A DNA stretch of 64,000 nt from an uncultured Planctomycetota bacterium (GTDB taxonomy: Bacteria > Planctomycetota > Planctomycetia > Isosphaerales > Isosphaeraceae), in assembly GCA_963823665.1 (NCBI GenBank), contig CAWGMQ010000004.1:3011606-3075605 (forward strand). Reading direction: 5' to 3'. Numbering within the stretch: position 1 is the first letter of the stretch; each line of letters opens with the position of its first letter. Under the pieces are notes generated by a model. That model saw nothing but the letters and a program-made list of their open reading frames with translations, did not search any database and was not told the DNA's origin. A program made the translations under genes and the position numbers. This document shows positions 30,738-40,395 of this stretch, in pieces.

Positions 30738-31349
30738 CTAAAATGGCTGCCGGCCGGCAAATGCGTCGGCAAGCATGTCGCGATTCGCGAATTCAAGCGT
30801 GCTGCCGGATGCCAGCCCGCGAGCGAGCCGCGTGATGCGAATCTTGGCATTGCTCAGGCGATTGGCGATCAGAAGTGAAGTGCCGTCCCCTTCGAGGTTT
30901 GGGTTGGTCGCAAGAATCAGCTCGCGAATGGTTCCCTCCTCAACGCGCGCGACGAGCGCATCGATTGTCAATTGTTCCGGTCCCTGACCGGAGAGTGGGG
31001 CCAGGCGGCCCAGGAGGACGTGGTAAACTCCCTGGAATGCGCCGGCTTTTTCAAGTGCCATCAGGTCGCGGGACTGTTCGACGACGCAGACACTCGTGTG
31101 GTCCCGCTTGGGATTGCGGCAGATCGCACAGATCGGCTCTTCGGCCTCGGTGAGGTGGAAGCAGATCTGGCAGTGGCGGATCCGCTGTTTCGCCGCGCGG
31201 ATGGCCTCGGCGAGCTCGATCGCTTCTTCATCCGGGCAGCGCAGCAGGTGGTGGGCAAGCCGCTCAGCCGATTTGACGCCGATTCCGGGAAGGCGGCCGA
31301 AAGCCGTAACCATACGATCAACGGCCTCGGAGAAGCCGGGCCCGGCCAT
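30738..31349 (-). CDS. recR: recombination protein RecR
   Basis: LPGIGVKSAERL, C4 zinc finger, YHVLxG, ATNPNLEGD. Confidence 0.95.
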   Translation of the reverse strand: MAGPGFSEAVDRMVTAFGRLPGIGVKSAERLAHHLLRCPDEEAIELAEAIRAAKQRIRHCQICFHLTEAEEPICAICRNPKRDHTSVCVVEQSRDLMALEKAGAFQGVYHVLLGRLAPLSGQGPEQLTIDALVARVEEGTIRELILATNPNLEGDGTSLLIANRLSNAKIRITRLARGLASGSTLEFANRDMLADAFAGRQPF

Positions 31350-31351
31350 GG

Positions 31352-31696
31352 TCAGCTTCCTTTGTTGCCGGAGGTGCCGCCAAGATCGGGAAAGAGGCCC
31401 GCCGGCAGTCCGCCGGTAACGGAGGCCAGCGACTGGGCCGCCGCGTCTCGCGCCTTGGCAAGCCCAGCGTTGACAGCGGCCACCACCAGGTCTTCCAGCA
31501 GCTCGGCATCGCCATCGGCCACCAGCTTCGGGTCGATATGAACCGCGATCACCTCGAGCCGGCCGCTAACCTTGACGGTCACCGCGCCGCCGCCTGAATC
31601 GCCTTCCACTTCGACCTGGCTGAGCGATTCAACCGAATCACGCAGCTTGCCGGCGTTCTTGATCAATTCCGCAAGCATTCCCAGTTGATTGAACAC
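31352..31696 (-). CDS. ybaB: YbaB/EbfC nucleoid-associated protein
   Basis: GDSGGGAVTV, LLEDLVVAAVN; lies between dnaX and recR. Confidence 0.9.
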   Translation of the reverse strand: MFNQLGMLAELIKNAGKLRDSVESLSQVEVEGDSGGGAVTVKVSGRLEVIAVHIDPKLVADGDAELLEDLVVAAVNAGLAKARDAAAQSLASVTGGLPAGLFPDLGGTSGNKGS

Positions 31697-31802
31697 GGCG
31701 TAGTTGTCCCAGCCGGGGGCTCGATTTTCGATTCGTTAACCCTGCTCGAACCGTTCAAGCAAGGAAGTCAATCCTTGAGGCCGCCCTGTTACGTGCAGCC
31801 TG

Positions 31803-34426
31803 TCAGTTTTCGGGAGAAGTGTCGTCCTCGCCGTAATCCATCTGGACGGGCCGCGCCTCGAAGAGCTCGAGCACGCGCTGAACCATCGGGTCTTTTGACA
31901 ACGAATCGGCTCCCCGTGCCTCATTTCGCCGCGCTTCGCCGTCTCCTTTCTCCTCGACGAGCCGGCGGATGTATTTGATTCTGATCGGCCGGTGGACGAG
32001 GCGTTGCAACGCCTGCGCGATCTTCGATTGGGCTTCGGGAGAATCGACATCAGCGAATGTGGAATTATATCCAGGCTTGACCGCGATGACCAGCACGTCG
32101 CCCCCCTCGAGATCGATCGGCTCGACCTGAGTCAGCGTCAGCGCCAATCTCTTGTCCACCTTCTTCGCCAGCTCGGGCCAGAGTTTTCGAATCGTGTCCA
32201 GGTCGAGCGGGCCAGGCTCCCCGTGGTGCGCCGCAGCAACCGCCGGGACGGTCCCGCTCGCCGCACCATCCGGCTTCTTCGACGGCTCCTGCGCTGCACC
32301 GCCGTTCGATGCCACGCTCCCGCTGAGACCGGCCTGGGGTCTCGCAACCGCTGGCTCGGGTACTTCCGAACGCGGGAGCGACAGGCCCTCGAGCGCGTTG
32401 CCTCGCGCGCCACCATTGGCAGCCGACAGCGCCGGGCCGCGCGCTCCGGCATCAGCGGCCGGCGACTCCGGCCGCGCGGCCTCAATCGGCCGGGGCGGGT
32501 TCCGCTGCGTTGCCACAGGTCTCGCGCTGGGTTCGAGCGAATCCACAGCGCCGGGCTCGCCCTCAAGTCGCCCTCGCCCGGCTTCGAATCAGCCCGTGCC
32601 GGCGTTGCCTCCGCGATCGAAGCCCGCGGTCGCCCCTCGCCCGGGGCGGGTGCGGGCATGGGCATCGGCGTGGTTTGCGCCTCCGAAGTAGCAGGCACAC
32701 TCCGTGTGCCGTCCGCTCTTGGGGTGGGCGCGGACATCGCCGTGGTTTGCGCCTCCGAAGTAGCAGGCACACTCCGTGTGCCGTCCGCTCTTGGGGTGGG
32801 CGCGGACATCGGCGTGGTTTGCGCCTCCGAAGTAGCAGGCACACTCCGTGTGCCGTCCGCTCTTGGGGTGGGCGCGGACATCGCCGTGGTTTGCGCCTCC
32901 GAAGTAGCAGGCACACTCCGTGTGCCGTCCGCTCTTGGTGCGGGCGCCGGAATCGCCGAGCCGTCCGCCTCGATCACACCGGCCTTCATCTTCCCGGTAG
33001 TCGGTTCCGTTCTGCGCGGCGGCGGCACGCCCGACTCGAGCGCCGCGAGCCGCTCCACGAGCGAGCTCAGCGACGTCAGCTCTTCGAGCAGCGCCGCGCG
33101 AACGAGTGCCGTTTCCATCAGTATTCGGCCGTGAACACTCCCGCGCATCCTGCTGCGGCATTCGGAAAGGATCTGCAGCGACGCGAGAATCGGCGGCAGA
33201 GTCCATCGGTCAACGATCCGTTTCAATTGACTGCGATTGCGGGGCGAAATCGCCATCAGCAGCGAATCGGCGCCCCCGACGGCCAGGATCATCGCGTCAC
33301 GGACCAGGTCGATCAAGCCGCTCAAAAGCTCGGCCGGCTGAACTCCCTCAGACGCGCTCTGCTCCAGCAGCCCCAAAACAGCGCCGGGCTCATGCCCGGC
33401 CAGCGCCTCGAGCATCTTGAGCAGGCGCTCGTCGGAGGCAGTGCCCAGCAGCGAGTGGACAACCTCGACCGTCAGCTTGGGGCTGCCCGACGCCAGCAGC
33501 CGGTCAAGCAGCGACTGGGCGTCCCGCAATGAGCCGCCGGCTCGCCGCGCCACGAGCTGAAGCGCTTCGGGCTCCGATTCCATCCCCTCTCGCGTGCAAA
33601 TCTCGCCCAGCGTCCCGGCGATTGCCTCGGGTGTGATGCCGGCAAAGTCATAGCGCTGGCATCGCGAGAGGACGGTGATCGGAATTTTATTCGCTTCGGT
33701 GGTGGCAAAGAAGAACTTGACGTGCGCCGGCGGCTCTTCAAGTGTTTTGAGCAGTGCGTTGAAGGCCCCGGTCGAAAGCATGTGAACTTCGTCGATGTAA
33801 TAGATCTTGTATCGAGACCGGCTCGGCCTCAGCGAGGCATTCTGCCTCAGCTCGCGCACCTGCTCGACACCATTATTGCTGGCACCGTCGATTTCGATCA
33901 CGTCGACATCCTGCCCGGTGGCAATTGCCTGGCAGATGTCGCACGTCTGACACGGGCTTTCAGTAGGCCCCTTCACACAATTGAGGCACTTCGCGAAGAT
34001 CCGTGCGATGGACGTCTTCCCGACCCCGCGCGTTCCGCAGAAAAGATACGCCTGGGCGATCCGGTTCAGACGGATGGCGTTCCTGAGCGAGTGGACGACA
34101 TGGTCTTGGCCGACAACGTCCTCAAACCGCTGCGGCCGGTATCGCCGTGCGACAACGGTATAGGACGGCGCCGCAACTCTGGCCGCTTGAGGCCGGGTGT
34201 CCAGCACAGGCGCTCGTGGAGGTTGATCAGCGGGCGCCGCGGCAGGCATCGGTTCTGGGGGTGGAACACTCGCCGTCACAGGCGGCGAAGCCAGCTCGGG
34301 CGCCGCAGTCGCCGCCAAAGGCAGAGCCTCCTCGGCTAGGGGAGGGGGGGACGAGGGCGCAGACTCCTCCGTTGCCACGGCTGGCTTGCTGGTTCCTTTT
34401 TTCTTGGTCTCGCGGCGTACGGCCAA
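31803..34426 (-). CDS. dnaX: DNA polymerase III subunit gamma/tau (frameshift in the low-complexity linker, downstream of about 32590)
   Basis: ARRYRPQ, GTRGVGKTS, EIDGASN, IDEVHMLS, SRCQ; C-terminus DPMVQRVLELFEA in ORF 31803-32546; TTG start after a GAGGT SD. Confidence 0.92.
32663..32938. repeat. about four 72-bp in-frame tandem repeats in dnaX, each containing a REP-like palindrome
   Basis: Units start at 32671, 32743, 32815 and 32887; each has GTAGCA-GGCACAC-TCC-GTGTGCC and encodes PTPRADGTRSVPATSEAQTTxMSA. Confidence 0.9.
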
Positions 34427-34480
34427 CTGATACCTCGCACGGGCACGACTGCGTTCCCACCTGGCAAATCTAGTCCGCGC

Positions 34481-34612
34481 AGAGGTCCGGGAGAACCGGG
34501 GAGGTTCTCCCAGGCACATGAAGGTGTTGTTTATGGCTGCTGCGTTCCCGCCCTGACCAGGTTCACAAACCCCCATTGCCCGGGTCCCCCCCGGCTCACC
34601 CGGACCTCCGCT
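34481..34612 (-). ncRNA. ffs: signal recognition particle RNA (4.5S)
   Basis: Minus strand GUGAACCUGGUCAGGGCGGGAACGCAGCAGCC (helix-8 CAGG...GGAA...AGCAG motif) inside a long stem (GAGGTCCGGG/CCCGGACCTC); canonical position upstream of dnaX. Confidence 0.9.
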
Positions 34613-34706
34613 CGCCCCGGCATGAGTTTCTGAACCGCTCATTTTCGGTGAAGACGGGCGCGGCTTCAAGGGATAAGTCGAGCGGTGGTACGAAATGCTA
34701 CTCTGG

Positions 34707-34927
34707 TGTTCGGCGCGGGTCTCGGGCACCCGAAGGGTCGCCGCCGCGATTGCGACCGGAGTTCTCCAAACTGTTCGGCGCGGGTCTCCGACCCCGCCGC
34801 GATTGCGACCGGAGTTCTCCAACTGTTCGGCGCGGGTCTCCGACCCCGCCGCGATTGCGACCGGAGTTCTCCAACTGTTCGGCGCGGGTCTCCGACCCCG
34901 CCGCGATTGCGACCGCAGGTCTCCAAC
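34707..34927. repeat. four 52-bp tandem REP-like repeats
   Basis: CTGTTCGGCGCGGGTCTCCGACCCCGCCGCGATTGCGACCGGAGTTCTCCAA at 34771, 34823 and 34875 (last with a variant end), plus a diverged first copy; no spacers. Confidence 0.85.
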
Positions 34928-34976
34928 TTCTCTTACCCCCGTCTTCAATGTTCAACCGTCTACCCCGATGGACCAC

Positions 34977-35027
34977 TTCGTTTTGTACATTCGTCGCGCA
35001 CCCTTACGCCACAAGGACTACGGGAAC
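34977..35027 (+). repeat. 51-bp dispersed element, copy 1
   Basis: TTCGTTTTG...CCTT-N7-AAGG...GGGAAC, colinear with four copies at 38434-39262. Confidence 0.7.
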
Positions 35028-36053
35028 GCACTCGCTCGGTCGAGGTGGCGAGCCATCGGCCGAACTCGAAGCCGAAACCCCACCCGCGAGCACGTCGTTT
35101 TGACCCAGAATCGCCCCGGCGCGCCCCGCGAAGCGCTCCACCCTCCAAACCCGGATCCACCGCCCTCCGCAAGTGCACACGCAAAAACAGCTTCGGTCGA
35201 TCCACCAGCTCCTTTCCCCCTGGAGCAAAATGATCACAAACGATATCAAAAGCCGAAGATTCTAGCCTTTGATCCCGGTTCTGATTCCGGGGGAGCGAAC
35301 CCTGCTCTCGACTGACGACGCGGCAAAGCCGCCAAGGCGACGAAGTCGTCTTGCGCAACGACCAGGCCTGCCCGGTTTTCGGTATTGGTCTCAGCCTCTT
35401 TGCCCATTGCGGTACTTTGCATTGGATTGCACTCGGTGCGTGAATTTCGCCGCTGTTCTCAGGATGAATCGAGATCGACGAGAAGGAAGGAGAGCAAAGG
35501 GGAGCCGCCCAACGCGCCAGCATCGCGCGTTCGCAGACTCTGCCCTATGTATATATGCGACGGGTTTCAGCGACCGGCAACAAAAGCGTCCAAAAAAAGT
35601 GCAATCACTCGATCGACACGGCTGCAACGCCAGGAGCTATGGCTTTGCGCGATTTCTTTGTTAATTGTGAACACGCGGTCGAATCAAAACGGTCCAATCA
35701 GTCATCTCGGTCGAATCCCCATCCTGTGATCGTGTCATGTTCTCTTCCCTCATTCGTGAGATTCGTAAGATTCGTGGTTCGACGTCCCCCCGCCACCTCA
35801 CACGACAGCCTCGCCACGTTTCGCATGTTCCAAATAAGTAGAAGTGAATGGAATTAAATGGAACTCCCCATGAACTCCCCAAGCAATCAACAACATGACT
35901 CGATTATTTGGGGTTTGTTCCTGCATTTTGTAGCGAACGACGCGCAGATTTCCCCCAGACCCCCATAACAACGAATATGCGAGAAGTGGGCTTCGCGGCG
36001 TTGAGCATTGTGACACGCCTGTAGCGCGATGGCGACGGCCTCGATCGATTCCT

Positions 36054-37495
36054 CTATAGCGTTGCTATCGGACTGAGCTGGAAGCCCATCGCCGCCGCCT
36101 TCCGCTGGAGCGCTCTCACCAGATTGGCTTTGATCTTGGCCTCGTACTCCTCCATCGACTGGGTCACATACTCTTCGCCGTACTTGAGCATCCTGTAGAC
36201 CAAACAGGCCAGCTTGTGTGCAGTCGCCTTGACGGCTCCAAGTCCACCGATCCGACTTTTGATCCGTCGGTAGTACATGCCCAAGGGTGTCATCGTCTTG
36301 CCTGCTGACTGCGCGGCCATCCGTAGGGCGATAGCGACTCGGTTCTTCCCTTGGCGATGACCGCGACGTCTTTTGGTCTTATTGCTCTCATCCTGGGAAG
36401 GACAAAGACGCAGCCAACTTGCGAAGTGCTTCTCCGTGGGAAACCGACTGACGTCCACACCGATTTCGGCCAGAATGATCAGGGCCGTTCCCACGCCGAT
36501 TCCCTCGATTTTTGTCAGGTCTACACCCAATGCCTGGAACAACGGGCCCGTCGCCTCGAATCGGGCATCGTTGCTTTTGCGACCACGCGTGCGTGGCTTA
36601 CCAGTTTGTGTCTTCTCTCCCGCCCGGTTTTCGAATTTGGCCAGTTCGGCTTCAATCTGCTGGTCACACTCGGTGATCTGCCCATGATGGAACTGGTACA
36701 GCTCGCGCGCCTGCCGCAGCTCGAAGAGATGTTCGGGCCGCCATGTCCCTTCCAACGCTAGGGCAATCTGCTCCTCGCTGTGATTACAGGCGCCCATGCC
36801 GCAGTTTGGCCAGCTTCTTGGGATTGCGTTGGCCTCGCAGAATGGCGTCGATGATCGAAATGCCCGTCAGTCCCGTGATGTCGCTCATGACTTCCGTCAG
36901 TTTGACGTTCATCTGCTCCAAGGCCTTCTGCATGTGTTGGACATGAGCAGCGGCGTAACGCACCAGCATCTGCCGTTGCCGGGAGTAGGCGCAGGGCCAA
37001 CACGGAGTCCGGAGGTCGGAACGACCCACGTAAGAGGCCGTAGGAGTGCAACCGCTGGATCCACTGCGCGTCGAGTACGTCCGTCTTGGGGCGCGCGCCA
37101 CAACGCGAAAGCTGTCCCGGTTCGACCAGCATAACCTCGAAGCCCTGGGATTCGAGGAGCTCGAACAGAGGAATCCAGTAAATGCCGGTGGATTCCAACG
37201 CGACGGTTTTTACGCCGCATTTCTTTAACCACACGGCGATCTCCTGAAGATCGGCGGTGTTGGCACCGAACTGGCGGACTGGGTCAACGTCGCGGTCAGC
37301 GGGAACGCAGACCATATGCATGTCGGAATGAACATCAACTCCGGCTGCGTCTGGATTCACGACACTGAGCGGTGCAGAGGAGGCGGGGACGGGGACGGGA
37401 AGCGACCTGACCCGCGGCTTGTTGGTCGGCTCCTTGGGTTTGCTCGGCTTCTTGGGCTTGCGTGGCTTCTTCGGCTCTTCGTGGGGGACAAGCAT
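36054..37495 (-). CDS. IS110 transposase/bridge recombinase (frameshifts near 36990 and 36785)
   Basis: DEDD RuvC-like motifs AAGVD, ALESTGIYW, KTDVLDA; C-terminal GIG...AEIG.D.SRF...LCPSQDES; split over three ORFs. Confidence 0.9.
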
Positions 37496-37499
37496 GGGA

Positions 37500-37740
37500 T
37501 CTCTCCGCTTCGCGGGTAGGTGTGGTGAAACGACAAGGCGCCGCGAGCCAAGAGGGGTATCGGGAACGAAATAGTCTCCCCAACGGGATCAATACCACGC
37601 CGGAAAAACCCGGCATGGCAAGTCACCAATGACAAGGTCGAAGCCTCTCGGACCATGCTGAATGTCGGGCTAAAAGCACCAACGTGCCAACGGCCACTGA
37701 CGCGCGTCGCCATATGGCAACGTCGACATAATGAGGTAAA
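37500..37740 (-). ncRNA. candidate IS110 bridge RNA
   Basis: Upstream non-coding end with two TTGGTG...CCG-[8-mer ending AG] modules; one 8-mer (TTGGGGAG) matches the far end of the element. Confidence 0.55.
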
Positions 37741-38433
37741 CCAAACCAGACCTTTCTCGACCCAAGTTCACGGGCCGTGAGGGGGCCGTACGCGGCTCGA
37801 CCCGTTGTATGGAACTCCAAACCCAAAAACAGTCCCATCTTGCTTGCAGTCTTGAACCCCGTCCGATGGTTGGTCGGAGCATCCTGAAGCCGTACGGAAA
37901 TGCTGAGAGCCAAAGAGGATAACGCCACCAACCCGCTCCGTAACCCCTCGGCTCAACGCGTGAAAACTCACCCTCACCCCGGTCCATACCCGTCCCACGC
38001 TCGGCACAGCTCAGAATTCGGGCGGATTTCGTGGCGCACCGGTCCCCCTTCACGAGCGCGGGGCGGCCCCATTTTTCCCATTGCACACGCGTGGTCAGGC
38101 AGAGCCGAAATCCTCGAGCACGCGCTCGAGCAAACGAAGCAGTCATTCACGGGTCCAGAGACATGGGTGGTGCCCCGCGCCGACTCCAGTGTCGGCGATC
38201 GAGATTCGGCTACGTATATTATGCCACGGGTTTCCCGGACTTGGCCATTTCGCCGACCAAGAATCCTGGGATTTTTTTCGCGTCGCAACGGATGCAACGA
38301 CCAACTCGATCGACACCCCAGGTTTGCGCACGCCGCGGACAAAAACGGCCTGGTTCAATCACGCCGTTTTTCGGGTAACACCGCTACGCACCCACATGAG
38401 GTTGGGTGCCCTCCCTCTAGACGTGACCCTTCG

Positions 38434-39262
38434 TTCGTTTTGTAGATTTGACGATGCTCCTTTGCCTGTAAGCAGTAAGGGAACGCCAGTCATCGCCGTC
38501 AGCGTTCATGGGCGTGTCCGCGTGTCGTTTCTTTTCATCGACGCACCCTATCTTCTTTGCGCCTTGCGCCTTTGCGTGAGCTCATCTTCGTCTTCGATCT
38601 CAGAATTCCGCCTTGGCCGTTTTTATTTCTCTTACGGCCTTTCTTCTTGCGCCCTCGCGCCTTTTGCGTGAACTCATCTTCGTCGGCCGCCCTCAGACCG
38701 CAGCACGGACGTCCACGAGCATAACTCAGGCCAGCACCATTTTCATGGGGCTCGGGGCCCCTCCCTCCGGACATGACCGTTCGTTTTGATTATTTGTCGG
38801 GCGCCTTTTTCCCGTAAGGGTTAAGGGAACAGATTCATCCGGCTCCACGCGTTGATCGCTACAGCCGAGATCGATCGCAACAGGGGGGTCTCCCGATCTT
38901 CGTCCTCCGCCCTCCGCCCTCCGTCCTGATTCCGGCCCTCCGTCCTGAGTCCTGCGGCGGACCGTTCGACTTCAACACCTGCCGCTGCTCCTCTCCGTTC
39001 GGATTTCGTACTTCGAATTTCGGATTTCGTCCCCCCGAGTTCGTTTTGATTATTTGTCGCGCGCCTTTGTCCCGTAAGGGTTAAGGGAACAGATTCATCC
39101 GGCCTCACGCGTTGAGCGCGGGTCTACGGAGCCGCCCTGATTGATCGATCGCAACCCGAGGTGTCCCCGCCTTTGTCCTACGCCCTCCGTCCTTCATGCA
39201 CTCGTGGCGGGTTCGTTTTGATTATTTGACGCGCGGCCTTATCCCGTAAGGGTTAAGGGAAC
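38434..39262 (+). repeat. 51-bp dispersed element, copies 2-5
   Basis: Copies at 38434-38484, 38780-38830, 39040-39090 and 39212-39262; the last three share further downstream sequence (AGATTCAT.CGGC...GATCGATCGCAAC). Confidence 0.85.
38998..39030. repeat. heptamer tandem repeat
   Basis: TTCGGAT TTCGTAC TTCGAAT TTCGGAT TTCGT; CCTCCG(C/T) heptamers nearby at about 38903-38946 and 39350-39402. Confidence 0.6.
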
Positions 39263-40395
39263 AGATTCATTCGGCCCCACCCGTTGATCGCGTGTGTACA
39301 GACCTCGCCCTGATTGATCGATCGCAACCCGAGATGTCCCCTCCTTTGTCCTCCGCTCTCCGCTCTCCGCCCTCCGTCCTGATTCGGCCCTCCGTCCTCC
39401 GCCCTTCCCCCGGAAGGTCTCCCCGCCCATCCGACGAGCACAGACCACGTTTGGGGTCTGACCGACGAACCGCCCTGGATTCCCGTGGCGCCCCGGGGCC
39501 TCGCAAATTGGCACACCTACAATATGCAACATCTATCCCGAAAATGAGAATTCTGCCCCTGGGAGATTTGCAGATTGATTCGCGATTGCAGCGACTACAG
39601 CGATAAAATCGATCGCACCATTTGCAGCAAGTATGCGGGTACAACACGCCGCCGCCCGCGCGATTCTGCGTGTCTGCCGGGCGCGGGACGCAATCACGAG
39701 TCCGAAATCGTATCCGCGCCCAAGTTGAATCGCTCCGAAAAATCCTCACCGCTTCGCGGCAAGCTCCGCGAGTCTTCGCTCAAGCGATTGCATTGCCTGC
39801 TGGGCGAATTCACTGTCCGGATCGAGATCGAGCGCAACCTGGGCTTCCTTCCGGGCCAGCTTCATGTTCACTTCGACGCGAGCCAGGTCGTCGGTTTGAT
39901 AGGCGTTTTGTAAATCTGAACGTAAGCTTGACACAACGCGAGATGTGCGGTTGCCTCAGCCGAATAGCGCTCAACGGCGCGCTTGCCGAGCGCGAGCATC
40001 CTCTCGGCGATCCGCGCTGCGCCGTCCATCGTTCCAGCCCGATTGAACCGCGAGGCGGTGGCGCTGAGGTGCGCCGTCACCATGAAGACGCTATGCGATT
40101 CCCGACTCGCCGCGGCGGCGGAGACTGGGTCCTCGGCCGAACGAAGCGCCTCAGTCACAATTTCGGCCCAGTCTTCCGGAGTTTGCGACTCGTCCGCCGG
40201 CGACTCTAACCTCGACAACGCTCCCGTCTCGCCCGCCTCGCCGATGCCCGCACCGCCCACCGTGTCCGAACGCAAACCGGTCTCCAAGAGCCTGAAGTCG
40301 ATATGGGCAAGTAAACGCTGAACCGGCGTATTGACATCTTCGCACGCCGACGGAAGGGTTTGGAACAGGCGCCGATTCTCGGCGAATAAAGACCT

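Larger units (their letters stand above)
35858..37818 (-). mobile_element. IS110-family insertion sequence (boundaries approximate)
   Basis: IS110 recombinase plus long non-coding ends; ATGGAACTCC direct repeat at 35858-35867 and 37809-37818; no terminal inverted repeats. Confidence 0.75.

Noticed and set aside
32200..32590. programmed dnaX frameshift (gamma/tau)
   Set aside because: No A-AAA-AAG or long homopolymer slippery site is visible, and similar indels occur throughout the window.
34707..34927. CRISPR array
   Set aside because: Units are contiguous and nearly identical, with no unique spacers and no cas genes in the window.
34427..34948. long N-terminal extension of DnaX in the ORF track
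   Set aside because: It runs through the SRP RNA and the 52-bp repeats; a TTG start with an SD at 34426 is more plausible.
38434..39262. CRISPR array or integron attC array
   Set aside because: Spacing is long and irregular, the intervening DNA is partly duplicated, and there are no RYYYAAC/GTTRRRY ends, cassette ORFs, cas genes or integrase.
37820..39740. protein-coding genes among the many short ORFs
   Set aside because: Translations are repeat-derived or low-complexity, with no recognisable motifs or consistent frame.
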